A DNA stretch of 64,000 nucleotides, taken from the NCBI GenBank assembly GCA_052389415.1, contig JBQTHX010000034.1, positions 13,904 to 77,903 on the forward strand. Direction: 5' to 3'. Each line of letters opens with the position of its first letter. Positions within the stretch are counted from its first letter, which is position 1. Below are positions 1-9,440 of the stretch, piece by piece. The stretch is from Nitrosopumilaceae archaeon. Its GTDB lineage: Archaea; Thermoproteota; Nitrososphaeria; Nitrososphaerales; Nitrosopumilaceae. The notes under the pieces were generated by a model that searched no databases, was not told the DNA's origin, and worked only from the letters and a program-made list of their open reading frames with translations. The position numbers were made by a program, and so were the translations under genes.

Positions 1-886
1 TTCCAATCTAAAAACAAACATACTTGATAGAGAATCTTTAATTCTTGAAATATTTGATCATAACGCTACAAGCTCTGAATCAAAATTGCAGGTAAAGATG
101 GCACAGTTAAGATATGAAATGTCACACGCAAAGGAGAAAGTGCGGTTAGCAAAGATGGGAGAACAGCCTGGTTTCATGGGAATTGGTAAATTCGAGGTGG
201 ATGTTTATTATAATGATATCAAAAACAGAATGACAAGTATCAAATCAAAGCTAGAAAAAGCTGGAAAGCAACGGGCATTGCACAGACAAAGCAGAGATAG
301 GATGGGATTCAAAACTATTTCTTTAGCAGGATACACATCTGCTGGAAAAACAACTCTCTTTAATGCCTTAACAGGTGAAAACCAGGCAGAGAGTTCAAGT
401 TTGTTTACAACACTATCAACTACAACAAGAAAAATAAAACTTTTAGAAACTGAAGCTCTCATATCAGATACTGTAGGTTTCATAAGCAGACTCCCTGCCT
501 ACATGATTGAAGCCTTCAAATCTACCTTGGAGGAGCTTATCTATACTGATGTAGTGATACTTGTAATTGATATAAGTGATCCAATTTTTGATTTGAAAAA
601 GAAGTTCAAAAGTTGTATTTCAACATTGGATGAACTTGGTGTAGATCAAGATAAAATAATCTTTGCGCTTAATAAATCAGATCTTGTATTACCACATGAA
701 ATTTTGGAGAAGGTAGATTATTTAGGATTAAAAGAAAATAAAAAGTGGTTTCCTATCTCCGCAGCAACAAAACAGAATATGTCTCAATTAAAAGATCTTT
801 TGTTAATTATTTTGAAAAACCAACCTGTAATAACTGAAAAAAAGAAACGCAATCAATTTGAATTCAAGATTAATTATGAAGATTGA
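1..886 (+). CDS. hflX: GTPase HflX (5' end outside window)
   Basis: Frame is open from position 2 (..[12 protein letters not shown]..); G1 [19 protein letters not shown] and NKSD motifs. Confidence 0.93.
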   Translation, partial: SNLKTNILDRESLILEIFDHNATSSESKLQVKMAQLRYEMSHAKEKVRLAKMGEQPGFMGIGKFEVDVYYNDIKNRMTSIKSKLEKAGKQRALHRQSRDRMGFKTISLAGYTSAGKTTLFNALTGENQAESSSLFTTLSTTTRKIKLLETEALISDTVGFISRLPAYMIEAFKSTLEELIYTDVVILVIDISDPIFDLKKKFKSCISTLDELGVDQDKIIFALNKSDLVLPHEILEKVDYLGLKENKKWFPISAATKQNMSQLKDLLLIILKNQPVITEKKKRNQFEFKINYED

Positions 887-1403
887 GGTACTGAGAATCG
901 GTCAAAGACTAGTTCGTGATGATAGAGTAACAACACATATAGCACTTGTTTCAAGGGCGTTTGGTGCGTCCAAGATACTTATGCAGGAAGTCAATCCGGA
1001 AATTAAAAGGACCATATTTGAAATCAATAGAACGTGGGGAAGCACATTCGAAGTGGAAATAATAGACAATTGGAAAAAAGTTTTAAAAACGAAAAAGAAA
1101 TCTGCCAAAATAATTCATTTAACAATGTACGGCGAGAATATTGATTCCGTAATAGATAAATTGAAACAAGAAGAGGAGATCCTTATAATCGTAGGAGCAG
1201 AAAAAGTTCCTCGCGAGATGTATGACATGGCGGATTATAATGTGGCTATTGGAAATCAACCTCACTCTGAAATTAGTGCATTAGCAATATTATTAGATAG
1301 GATTTTGGAAGGAAGACAATTTCTCAAGAAATATGAAAACGCTCGGAAGGAGATTATTCCTACAAAGCGTGGAAAGAGAGTCCAGAACAAAACAATTGAT
1401 TAA
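876..1403 (+). CDS. trm56: tRNA (cytidine56-2'-O)-methyltransferase, SPOUT family
   Basis: [31 protein letters not shown] and NQPHSE motifs; ATG 876 preferred over TTG 858. Confidence 0.92.
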   Translation: MKIEVLRIGQRLVRDDRVTTHIALVSRAFGASKILMQEVNPEIKRTIFEINRTWGSTFEVEIIDNWKKVLKTKKKSAKIIHLTMYGENIDSVIDKLKQEEEILIIVGAEKVPREMYDMADYNVAIGNQPHSEISALAILLDRILEGRQFLKKYENARKEIIPTKRGKRVQNKTID

Positions 1404-1425
1404 ATATAGAATCTGGTCAGAAACG

Positions 1426-1938
1426 ATGATGACTGTTAGTCATGAAGATCCCTTTGTAAAAATCGCTGCTTTGATTGGTGGTGACGAATACCTTAAAGTC
1501 GCCAGATCTCTTTTGAATACAGAAGATGCAACTGATGAAGAAATTGCTAGCTCTACTGGTCTAAGAATAAACATAGTAAGAAAAGTGCTATACGACCTCT
1601 TTGGAAAAGCATTGATTACCGGTATTAGAGTAAAAGATGAGAAAAAAGGTTGGTTTGTGTATCGATGGCGTGCAAGAAAGGATGAAGTAGATAATTTCAT
1701 AGAAAACCAAAAAAAGAAAATTGCTGAAAGACTGCAACAGAGATTGGATTATGAAAGCTCTGCTGAATTTTATCATTGTGGAAACGAAGACTGCACAAAA
1801 CTTACTTTTGAAAAGGCTCTGGATTTATCTTTTAAGTGTCCTACTTGTGGAAAACTTGTAAATATAATAAAGAACGATAAACTCAAGAAAGCGCTTCAAC
1901 ATAAAATCGATGAATTGCACGAGGATCTAAAACACTAA
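1426..1938 (+). CDS. tfe: Transcription factor E (TFIIE-alpha homologue)
   Basis: Winged helix (TDEEIA..VRKVLYDL..GWFVYRW) plus Zn ribbon (YHC..C..FKCPTCG); start likely ATG 1426 or 1429. Confidence 0.92.
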   Translation: MMTVSHEDPFVKIAALIGGDEYLKVARSLLNTEDATDEEIASSTGLRINIVRKVLYDLFGKALITGIRVKDEKKGWFVYRWRARKDEVDNFIENQKKKIAERLQQRLDYESSAEFYHCGNEDCTKLTFEKALDLSFKCPTCGKLVNIIKNDKLKKALQHKIDELHEDLKH

Positions 1939-2588
1939 ACGATATAATGGAGTACAATCTCATTTTCCCGAATTTGAATATTTTTTAGTTTTAGTTTACA
2001 TGCATTCGTAATTTTTTCAAAACCATCTCCTTCAACGAATGAAATTGCATTTTTACCACCAAGTATGTGTGGAGTAACTGTCACTATAATTTCATCAACT
2101 AGGTTATCTTTGAGAAATGACCAATTGATTATTCCTCCACCCTCAACTAAAAGTTTTTTGATTTTTCTATTTTCTAAGATGGATAATAATTTTTTCAAGT
2201 TGACTCTTTTGTTACCGCACTTTATTACTTCTAATCCATAGCGTTGTAATCTTGCAATATTTTTTCCAGAAATATTTTCTGATACTGCGATTATGGTCGG
2301 AATTTTTTGACAAGTTTGGATTATTTTAGAATTAGATTTTATTTTACCTGATGAATCTAAGATTATTCTAATCGGATTTTTTCCTTTTGCATATCTTACA
2401 GTTAGATAAGGATTATCTTTCATCATGGTATTTTTTCCAATTAATATGGCATCTGCTTTAGAACGAAGTTTATGAATTCGTTCTAGATCTTTTTTTGAAG
2501 ATAATCTGGAATCACCTGCTTTTGTTGCTATTTTACCATCAAGGCTTATAGCCGCACAAAGTGTCACATGAGGTCTAGATCTTACCAT
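1935..2588 (-). CDS. arfC: 2,5-diamino-6-ribosylamino-4(3H)-pyrimidinone 5'-phosphate reductase (stand-alone RibD reductase domain)
   Basis: SLDGKIA, DAILIG..T..DNP and LLVEGGG motifs; no deaminase domain; riboflavin operon context. Confidence 0.88.
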   Translation of the reverse strand: MVRSRPHVTLCAAISLDGKIATKAGDSRLSSKKDLERIHKLRSKADAILIGKNTMMKDNPYLTVRYAKGKNPIRIILDSSGKIKSNSKIIQTCQKIPTIIAVSENISGKNIARLQRYGLEVIKCGNKRVNLKKLLSILENRKIKKLLVEGGGIINWSFLKDNLVDEIIVTVTPHILGGKNAISFVEGDGFEKITNACKLKLKNIQIRENEIVLHYIV

Positions 2589-3768
2589 GTACTATTTTTC
2601 CGCCTATCATAACTGCAGCGATTACAGTCTCTGATGCTCTATGCACTACTGAAGCATATGGATCGTGCATTGGTTCCAGATCTATTTGGTGTTTATCTAT
2701 GAAAATACAATCAGCTAGATTATTTTGTTGAATTGAACCAATTTTCATATTTTGAAGCATTTTTCCCGCATTTACGGTAGTCATTTTTAATATCGATTTT
2801 GGAGGGATCCTCTTTTTTTTGGTTGCCATTGAGATTTTCCATAGATAATCCATTTCTCTGAACATATCTGGCGAGTTAATCATAACATTATCAGTTCCAA
2901 TAGCAATGTTACATCCACAATCAGTCATTAAATTTACATCAGGAATTCCTTCAGCCAGAGAAGCATTCGCTCTTGGACAGACTACAATACTAGCTCCATT
3001 TTTAGAGGCGAGAAGAAGGTCTTTTTTTGATGCGTGCGTCATATGAATCAAAAAATTTGGTTTTAGGAACATTGCTCGCTGAGTTTCAGTCTTTCCGGTT
3101 ATTTTTTTAGAGATTTTACAACTTTCAGATGTTTCTGAAGAATGAATGGCCCTTAGTTTCTTGGTTTGTGAATAATATCTCAATACTGAATCGCTATTTT
3201 CATTTGGTCCACTTATTCCAAGACCATTACATATTTGCAACAGTTTAGAAAGTTCGGTTTTTTTAAAATCAGGTAAAGATATGTTTTTTTTAATTAACTG
3301 ATAATCCTGATAATAATCCAATCTTCCTAAAATGATTGATCTTATTGGAAGGCTGGATATTGCCTTTTGTAAGGTAACTATTCCCTCAAATCCTCCTTCT
3401 CTGAAATCAACAAAGGTTGTTATTCCTTTTTTCATCATGGTAATACAAGAAGTTCTAATAAAACTACAAAGATGCGATGGTTTTGTATTTTGAAGAATCC
3501 TTTGTTTAAAACCCTTAACAGGATGAATTTTTTTTTCTACTCCATATTCTATTCCTATATCCTTTGCTATTGAATCCCCTACATGAGTGTGCGAATTAAC
3601 AAATCCTGGTATTACTAAAAGTCCTTCACAATCATAAACTCGTTCTTTTTGGTGAGGCGTTAGAGTTGAATCTAGTTTATCAATAAATTGACCAGAAATT
3701 CGCATGTTTGTATGTTTAATGTACTCAAGTTCTTTGCCGTAAAGTACACTGATATTTTTTATCAGCAT
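2575..3768 (-). CDS. Metal-dependent amidohydrolase, deaminase-type
   Basis: PGFVNSHTH, HSSE (HxxE), HMTH and GTDN motifs; overlaps both neighbours. Confidence 0.85.
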   Translation of the reverse strand: MLIKNISVLYGKELEYIKHTNMRISGQFIDKLDSTLTPHQKERVYDCEGLLVIPGFVNSHTHVGDSIAKDIGIEYGVEKKIHPVKGFKQRILQNTKPSHLCSFIRTSCITMMKKGITTFVDFREGGFEGIVTLQKAISSLPIRSIILGRLDYYQDYQLIKKNISLPDFKKTELSKLLQICNGLGISGPNENSDSVLRYYSQTKKLRAIHSSETSESCKISKKITGKTETQRAMFLKPNFLIHMTHASKKDLLLASKNGASIVVCPRANASLAEGIPDVNLMTDCGCNIAIGTDNVMINSPDMFREMDYLWKISMATKKKRIPPKSILKMTTVNAGKMLQNMKIGSIQQNNLADCIFIDKHQIDLEPMHDPYASVVHRASETVIAAVMIGGKIVHGKI

Positions 3769-4511
3769 GTTAATTCAAGTATTCGTTGCTTGTTACCCAA
3801 ATCTCTCATTTCTCGTATGGTATCAAGTGATTTTGTTGCAAGATTGGCAGCTTCTCGTGCTGTTTTTGCTGTTCCCATTCCACAGTTCATAGAAACACCA
3901 TATTTTTTTTCTATCATTTCTAAAAATTTTGTTATGTTTTCTTTGGCAGTAGATGAAGAGACAATCATAAAGTTATCTCCTCCCATAAAGAAGGTGAGCG
4001 AATTGTAGTTTAGAAAGAATTCTAACATTTCCGAATATAATTTAAAAATCAATGAAGAGATTTCATATGGTGATTTTTTTGTGGAGATCGATGTAGAACC
4101 ATCGACGTCCATATGAATTATACTTACAGTTTGTTCTGATTTTCCATTTTTAAAACCAAAAATTTCGGATTCTTTGCTTAGTATAGTCTTTGATTTCCTT
4201 GCATCATACGCTTGAAGATTTGCTTCGAATGGAGATTGTCCGTATCCTATAGTCATTGAAAATTCTAGTTTGAATAGATCTTTTAGTTTCTTTTGGATCT
4301 CCTCATGATCATTTAGTGAAAGACCATTTGAGATCACAAATAACTCATCAAATCTATTTGCAAATACAAGACAGTTTTTTTCTGAGAACAGTCTTTGTGA
4401 TTCATTATACAAAGATGATTGAAGTATCTGGAGTTTGTGTTCTCTGTCGCTACCTAGAGTAAGTGTCCACGGACCATATCCTGTTATTTTGATGATAGTG
4501 ATCTGAATCAT
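3762..4511 (-). CDS. gch3: GTP cyclohydrolase III (archaeal)
   Basis: GYGPWTLTLGSDREHKLQ, RFDE, HMDVD and FMGGDN motifs. Confidence 0.9.
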   Translation of the reverse strand: MIQITIIKITGYGPWTLTLGSDREHKLQILQSSLYNESQRLFSEKNCLVFANRFDELFVISNGLSLNDHEEIQKKLKDLFKLEFSMTIGYGQSPFEANLQAYDARKSKTILSKESEIFGFKNGKSEQTVSIIHMDVDGSTSISTKKSPYEISSLIFKLYSEMLEFFLNYNSLTFFMGGDNFMIVSSSTAKENITKFLEMIEKKYGVSMNCGMGTAKTAREAANLATKSLDTIREMRDLGNKQRILELTC

Positions 4512-4921
4512 ATTATTTTCCCCATTTGATCTGAAATCTTCATCACGGCTTCCACTGCTCTTTCTGTCACTGGTTTTATTCTTGCTTGTGCCTGTCTCTC
4601 TGTCATTCCTGGCCCAGTGATTCCTAAGGTCACGGGTTTTTTGTATTTTATCGCCAAATCTATTAGCGATTTGGCAACTGCGTTAGCAATAAGTTCATCA
4701 TGTTTTGTTTCACCTTTTATTACAGCACCCAGTGTTACAACTGCATCAACCTCCTTTTTTTGTAGTAATGCATCTATCACAATTGGCATATCAAAAATAC
4801 CAGGAACTTTACAGGTGAATTTTATATTTAATTTAAGATTTTTTGCCTTCTCAACAGCTACATTAAGCATTTTAGAAGTAACTTCTTGGTTAAAATCCGC
4901 AGTCACAATTGCAATATTCAG
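4508..4921 (-). CDS. ribH: 6,7-dimethyl-8-ribityllumazine synthase
   Basis: VPGIFDMP, LGAVIKGETKHDE and LGITGPG motifs; frame extends past GTG 4906 to CTG 4921 (NIAIVTADFN). Confidence 0.92.
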   Translation of the reverse strand: MNIAIVTADFNQEVTSKMLNVAVEKAKNLKLNIKFTCKVPGIFDMPIVIDALLQKKEVDAVVTLGAVIKGETKHDELIANAVAKSLIDLAIKYKKPVTLGITGPGMTERQAQARIKPVTERAVEAVMKISDQMGKII

Positions 4922-4923
4922 AA

Positions 4924-5604
4924 TTAATGCACCCTAGAAAATTCTAATAGTTCTTTACCCTCTAGAAATGGAATAGCATTCTCTTGTGCATATTTCCTAG
5001 CTTTTTCTACTGATAGAGCTGCATATGACTCTGAATCTAGCATTTCACAAATTGCTGCAACAGGTGCTAGGTTTGAAAGATTCATCAGATATATCGACAT
5101 TTCTGTGTGGCCTAGTCTATTTGATAACAATCCATTTTGTGCTATTAACATAGGTACATGTCCAGGAGCTTTAAAGGATGAAATAAATTCCTGTTTTTTA
5201 TTTTTGTTAATTGTTTTATAAAGATTAGCCATTTCCTTTATTGTCATAGATCTGTCTCTATCAGTTATTCCGGTGTAAGTCTGTACATGATTTATTGAAA
5301 TCGAAAAGGATGGCTGATCACCATATGGTGCTTTTGTTATAATCATTCTTTTGGATTCTGTATCAACTTCTTGTGAGTTGGAAAGAATATCATGCATAAA
5401 ATGTAATCCCAAATCTTGAGCAAAAAAGTGATTTATCGAAAGACAAACGAGTCCCCCCGCATGTTGACGCATTCGTGCTATGTGTGCTGGAGTGACAAAC
5501 TCTGCTGCTACTACCATATCTACTTCATTCTCACGTTTTCCTTCATCATGAAGAAGAATGAATTCGCCTCGTTTTAGTGACGATATCGCTTCGTTTAATG
5601 ACAT
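4924..5604 (-). CDS. ribB: 3,4-dihydroxy-2-butanone-4-phosphate synthase
   Basis: RENEVD, TGITDRDR, PGHV, RLGHTE and ICEM motifs; start likely ATG 5604. Confidence 0.92.
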   Translation of the reverse strand: MSLNEAISSLKRGEFILLHDEGKRENEVDMVVAAEFVTPAHIARMRQHAGGLVCLSINHFFAQDLGLHFMHDILSNSQEVDTESKRMIITKAPYGDQPSFSISINHVQTYTGITDRDRSMTIKEMANLYKTINKNKKQEFISSFKAPGHVPMLIAQNGLLSNRLGHTEMSIYLMNLSNLAPVAAICEMLDSESYAALSVEKARKYAQENAIPFLEGKELLEFSRVH

Positions 5605-5676
5605 AAGATAAAATGTCGTTTTATTAATTATAAAGCTTACTACAAAATTAGTTACTACCAATAAAGTAGTAGTGTA

Positions 5677-6264
5677 TTATTTTTCAATTATGTATTTCCC
5701 AAGTATGTCAGTTTCAATATTAACTTTATCACCAATTTTTTTTGAATTGAGGTTTGTAATCTTCATTGTATGTGGTATAATACCAACAGAGATTCTATTT
5801 TTTATTACATCAACTATTGTTAAGCTGATTCCTTCCATTGTAATAGATCCTTTCTTAACAACATATTTTGTTAAATAATTTGGAAGTTTAATCCAGAGTT
5901 TAATCTCTTTTTTTAATTTTTCTATGTTTATTATTTTACCGGTCCCATCGATGTGTCCTAAAACAAAATGACCTTCCATTCTGTCACCAACTTTCAAGCT
6001 GCGTTCAATGTTTACTTTATCTCCAGATTCTAGATTACCAAGATCAGTTTTCCTCACGGTTTCTCCAATCATTTCAAATTCTGCCTCATTTTTAGAAATT
6101 CTGGTTATAGTAAGACAAACACCATTTATTGCAACACTGTGTCCAGCTTTGAGACCTCTGGCAAGTTTACCAAGATTCACTTTTATCTTAGCTGCACTTC
6201 GAGTATTTGTTTTCTTTTCAATTTTTTTTATTATTCCTATGCCTTCTATTATTCCTGTAAACAC
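5677..6264 (-). CDS. ribC: Riboflavin synthase, bacterial alpha-chain type
   Basis: MFTGII start, SVAINGVCLT, GHFVLGHIDG and VNIETD motifs. Confidence 0.93.
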   Translation of the reverse strand: MFTGIIEGIGIIKKIEKKTNTRSAAKIKVNLGKLARGLKAGHSVAINGVCLTITRISKNEAEFEMIGETVRKTDLGNLESGDKVNIERSLKVGDRMEGHFVLGHIDGTGKIINIEKLKKEIKLWIKLPNYLTKYVVKKGSITMEGISLTIVDVIKNRISVGIIPHTMKITNLNSKKIGDKVNIETDILGKYIIEK

Positions 6265-6335
6265 TTGATGAAAGTATTCTAGAGTGTATAAATTACTTAT
6301 TTTATTGAGCTGGTAATTTTGTGCCTAGATTGTTT

Positions 6336-7196
6336 CTAGATATTCTTCACTGAATCTAATAGAGCCTTAGCTCGCTTAAAATGAACCTCATCAATCATCT
6401 TTCCTTCCACTACTGTTGCACCTCTGTTTTTCTTTGTAGTCTCTACATAGACTTTACAGACCTTTTCTGCCCATTCTATCTCAGCTTTTGTTGGATGGAA
6501 TATATCATGTACTGTTGAGATTTGATCTGGATGAATAACGCATTTTCCAACATATCCGAGATTTCTTCCTAAGATACAGTCTTGTTCAAAACCAGTTTTA
6601 TCATTAAGATCTTGCCAAATGGCATCAATAGCGTATTTTCCTGCTGCCTTTGCATCTAGTGGAATTTTGGCTCTTGCATATTTTGCACCATCAGCTTGTT
6701 TAGTATATTCAATATCCAGATCATTTAACAAATCAAACACACCAAACACAACAAAAGGTGCTCTCAAACTTGATGATGCAATGCTATATGTATTTACTAC
6801 TCCCTGTGCAGATTCTATCGACGGTACTAGATCAATAGAACTTAGCCTTCGTTTTTTTTCAAAAGCAACAAGAAGTTTTTCTATTTTCTTCAATTCTTTT
6901 ACATTATTTACTTTTGGAATAACTATACCATCAATCCCTTTCTGAACTATTTGCAATAAATCATCTGGAATCAAGCCAGAAACTGGTGAATTTATCCGTA
7001 CATATACTTCAGATTTGTATTCGGAGCGGTTTGTTAAGGCTTTCTTGATAAGGTCTCTTGCAGAATTTTTTTCATTTAGTGGAACAGAATCTTCTAAATC
7101 AAAACATATCACATCTGCGGGTAGAGTCTTTGCCTTTTCTATAAATCTAGGATTGTTTCCTGGAACAAAAAATAAGCTTCGCAAAAGTCTAGACAT
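6336..7196 (-). CDS. CitE/HpcH family CoA-ester lyase
   Basis: RSLFFVPG, DLEDSV, IPKV and GKCVIHPDQ motifs. Confidence 0.85.
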   Translation of the reverse strand: MSRLLRSLFFVPGNNPRFIEKAKTLPADVICFDLEDSVPLNEKNSARDLIKKALTNRSEYKSEVYVRINSPVSGLIPDDLLQIVQKGIDGIVIPKVNNVKELKKIEKLLVAFEKKRRLSSIDLVPSIESAQGVVNTYSIASSSLRAPFVVFGVFDLLNDLDIEYTKQADGAKYARAKIPLDAKAAGKYAIDAIWQDLNDKTGFEQDCILGRNLGYVGKCVIHPDQISTVHDIFHPTKAEIEWAEKVCKVYVETTKKNRGATVVEGKMIDEVHFKRAKALLDSVKNI

Positions 7197-7210
7197 GAAG
7201 TAAACTGGAC

Positions 7211-8281
7211 TTAGGGTTTCATTAAGATTTTACCAAATAGGCCTTTACCAGTGAGCATTTTTGTATGTGCCTCTGTAGCCTGCTCAAATGGATATGTTGA
7301 ATCAATTACGGCTTTTATTTTGCCCTTACCCATCCAGAATAATCCTTGTTCTAATTCAGCTTTAGTTCCTTGAGTAGAACCAAGTATGTTAGTTCCTTTG
7401 AAGAAAATATGTCTTAAATCCGTTTTTGCATCGTACCCAGTAGTTGCACCACATGATACAAGCGTTCCACCATATTTTAGCAATGTAAGTTGTTGATTCC
7501 AATGTGTTTGACCGATATGATCAAACGATAAATCAATTCCAGGAACTCCGCCAGTCTTGGCACTAATTTCCTTAGTAATTTTAAAAACGTCTTTACTCCA
7601 ATCTTCTTTTCTATGATCTACAGCATAATCAGCCCCAAGTTCTTTTAGTTTATCTAATTTGTCAGGACTGGCAGTTGAGATCACTGTACAATTGTAAAGT
7701 TTTGCAATTTGGATACCAAAGCTTCCAACACCAGATCCACCACCCATAATTAGAACAATCTGACCTGGTCTGATCTTGGCTCTGCCTACAAGCATATGCC
7801 ATGCTGTAAGCATAGTCATCGATGCAGCTGCTGCTTCATCAAAACTGACTCCATCAGGAATCTTTGCGACGTTTACTTCTGGCAAATGGGTTATTTCAGA
7901 AAATGCTCCCCAAGTAGGGCCAGTCTGAAATCCCCAGATCATTCTTTTAACACAATCAAATTCTCGTCCATCAGTACATGCAGAGCAAACTCTACATGAC
8001 ATATTTGAATGAGAAACAACTCTATCACCTACTTTGAAATTTTTTACATCTTCACCAACAGCAATAACTTCGCCTGCTGCGTCAGAACCAGAAACATGAG
8101 GTAATGGTACTGCCACTGGTTGACCTCTCATTCCCCAGATATCATTATAGTTCAAAGCAGCTGCTTTAACTTTAAAAACTACTTCGTCTGGTTTTGGTTT
8201 TGGTTCAGAAATATCTTTTATTTTTAAGATTCGTTTAAAATTATCATCAGGCGCATACTCCTCATAGACTACTGCCTTCAT
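7211..8281 (-). CDS. Medium-chain dehydrogenase/reductase (Zn-ADH/enoyl-reductase-like)
   Basis: GSDAAG, structural-Zn CRVCSAC..C and GGGSGVG motifs; catalytic-Zn Cys/His replaced (LNYND, GSD). Confidence 0.85.
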   Translation of the reverse strand: MKAVVYEEYAPDDNFKRILKIKDISEPKPKPDEVVFKVKAAALNYNDIWGMRGQPVAVPLPHVSGSDAAGEVIAVGEDVKNFKVGDRVVSHSNMSCRVCSACTDGREFDCVKRMIWGFQTGPTWGAFSEITHLPEVNVAKIPDGVSFDEAAAASMTMLTAWHMLVGRAKIRPGQIVLIMGGGSGVGSFGIQIAKLYNCTVISTASPDKLDKLKELGADYAVDHRKEDWSKDVFKITKEISAKTGGVPGIDLSFDHIGQTHWNQQLTLLKYGGTLVSCGATTGYDAKTDLRHIFFKGTNILGSTQGTKAELEQGLFWMGKGKIKAVIDSTYPFEQATEAHTKMLTGKGLFGKILMKP

Positions 8282-8323
8282 ATTTACTGACGCTCAATTT
8301 GCCCCTAATATATTTTCGCTAAT

Positions 8324-8602
8324 CTATTTTCGATTAATTTTGAAATCCCGTTTTGGTTGTTGGATTGATTGTAAAATTTGTTTTAGTTGCTCATCGGAGA
8401 TCTGTCTGTTCAGTTTACCTTGTGATGCCATACCAATAAGATAATTTTCAACCATTGCAGCCAGTTCAGGTTTTACCATCTTAACGTTGTTTAATCGTAA
8501 TCTTGCCTGTGGTTCAAGTAAAGTACGCAGTGCTTGTTCTTTCATTAAATTAACTTCAGATTCATTGGCTTCTCTTTCGTTACCTTGATTGGGATTACTC
8601 AT
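8324..8602 (-). CDS. PDCD5/TFAR19 family DNA-binding protein
   Basis: LEPQARLRLNNVKMVKPELA..ISDEQLKQIL; next to rps19e. Confidence 0.88.
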   Translation of the reverse strand: MSNPNQGNEREANESEVNLMKEQALRTLLEPQARLRLNNVKMVKPELAAMVENYLIGMASQGKLNRQISDEQLKQILQSIQQPKRDFKINRK

Positions 8603-8611
8603 AAAACCACA

Positions 8612-9064
8612 TTATGAATATTTTTTAAGATTTGGATTTTTTACAATTAATTCATCTAGTATTTCTGTAGCAATTCCGTCTATTTTTTTCATTCCTTGAT
8701 GAGAAATGGTTCTTCCTTTTCCTTCCACTTTGTCTATGTAGCCAAGCTTTTCTAGATTGTGTACGGCTGTTCGAATTATAGAACCACCAGCATCTCGATG
8801 GTGGTTTCCGCCATATCCAACAGATTTTACTCCCCCATACATACCACGAAGATCTTTTACACCGATTGGACCATGCAAGTATATTTTTCTAAGAAGTGAC
8901 GCACATCTTGTATACCACCAATCATTTTTTTGTGGTGGTCTTTCTGCATGCGGACCAGTCTTGACAAAAGGAATCCAGCTGGGAGTTGAGATTTCTTCAT
9001 TTCTTAGTATCTCAGATAGCTTGTTAATCAGAACATCTGCTGGTACATCATATGCTTTTGCCAT
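8612..9064 (-). CDS. rps19e: 30S ribosomal protein S19e
   Basis: WIPFVKTG..ERPP..DWWYTRCASLLRK and YGG motifs. Confidence 0.96.
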   Translation of the reverse strand: MAKAYDVPADVLINKLSEILRNEEISTPSWIPFVKTGPHAERPPQKNDWWYTRCASLLRKIYLHGPIGVKDLRGMYGGVKSVGYGGNHHRDAGGSIIRTAVHNLEKLGYIDKVEGKGRTISHQGMKKIDGIATEILDELIVKNPNLKKYS

Positions 9065-9088
9065 GAAAATGAAAGTTTTTAGTTCGTC

Positions 9089-9095
9089 TTATAAA
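9089..9095 (-). promoter_or_regulatory. Probable TATA box (TTTATAA) for a leaderless rps19e transcript
   Basis: TTTATAA about 25 nt upstream of the ATG at 9064. Confidence 0.5.
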
Positions 9096-9404
9096 TCATT
9101 GAGCTTTGGAAATGATCTTTCTATATGTATGATTACAAAATTTGCATGTAATGCGAATTGCTTTAACAGAAGAACGGCCTATTCTAATTCTTGCGCCAAC
9201 TCCTGGTGCAATAAATTTTTTACATTTTTTACAAAAGTTAATTCTCATATGATAAGGCATTCTTATTCTATATTTTGTACTAATTTTTTTTGCAAGAGTT
9301 GCCTGTCGTTGAGCAAGTGATGGATTATTCCTTGAGTTAGATACAGCATTTTGAATCAGGATTTCCATTCTTTCCAAGGCAATTTGTCGTATTGCTTCTT
9401 TCAT
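9096..9404 (-). CDS. rnp4: RNase P protein Rpp21
   Basis: IALERM..FCKKC..PG..RIR..ITCKFC. Confidence 0.9.
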   Translation of the reverse strand: MKEAIRQIALERMEILIQNAVSNSRNNPSLAQRQATLAKKISTKYRIRMPYHMRINFCKKCKKFIAPGVGARIRIGRSSVKAIRITCKFCNHTYRKIISKAQ

Positions 9405-9440
9405 GGAAGTTAAATAATGTCTTGTCCTTAAAATACAATC

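Noticed and set aside
6265-6335. FMN riboswitch ahead of the rib operon
   Set aside because: Only about 70 AT-rich bp with no RFN consensus
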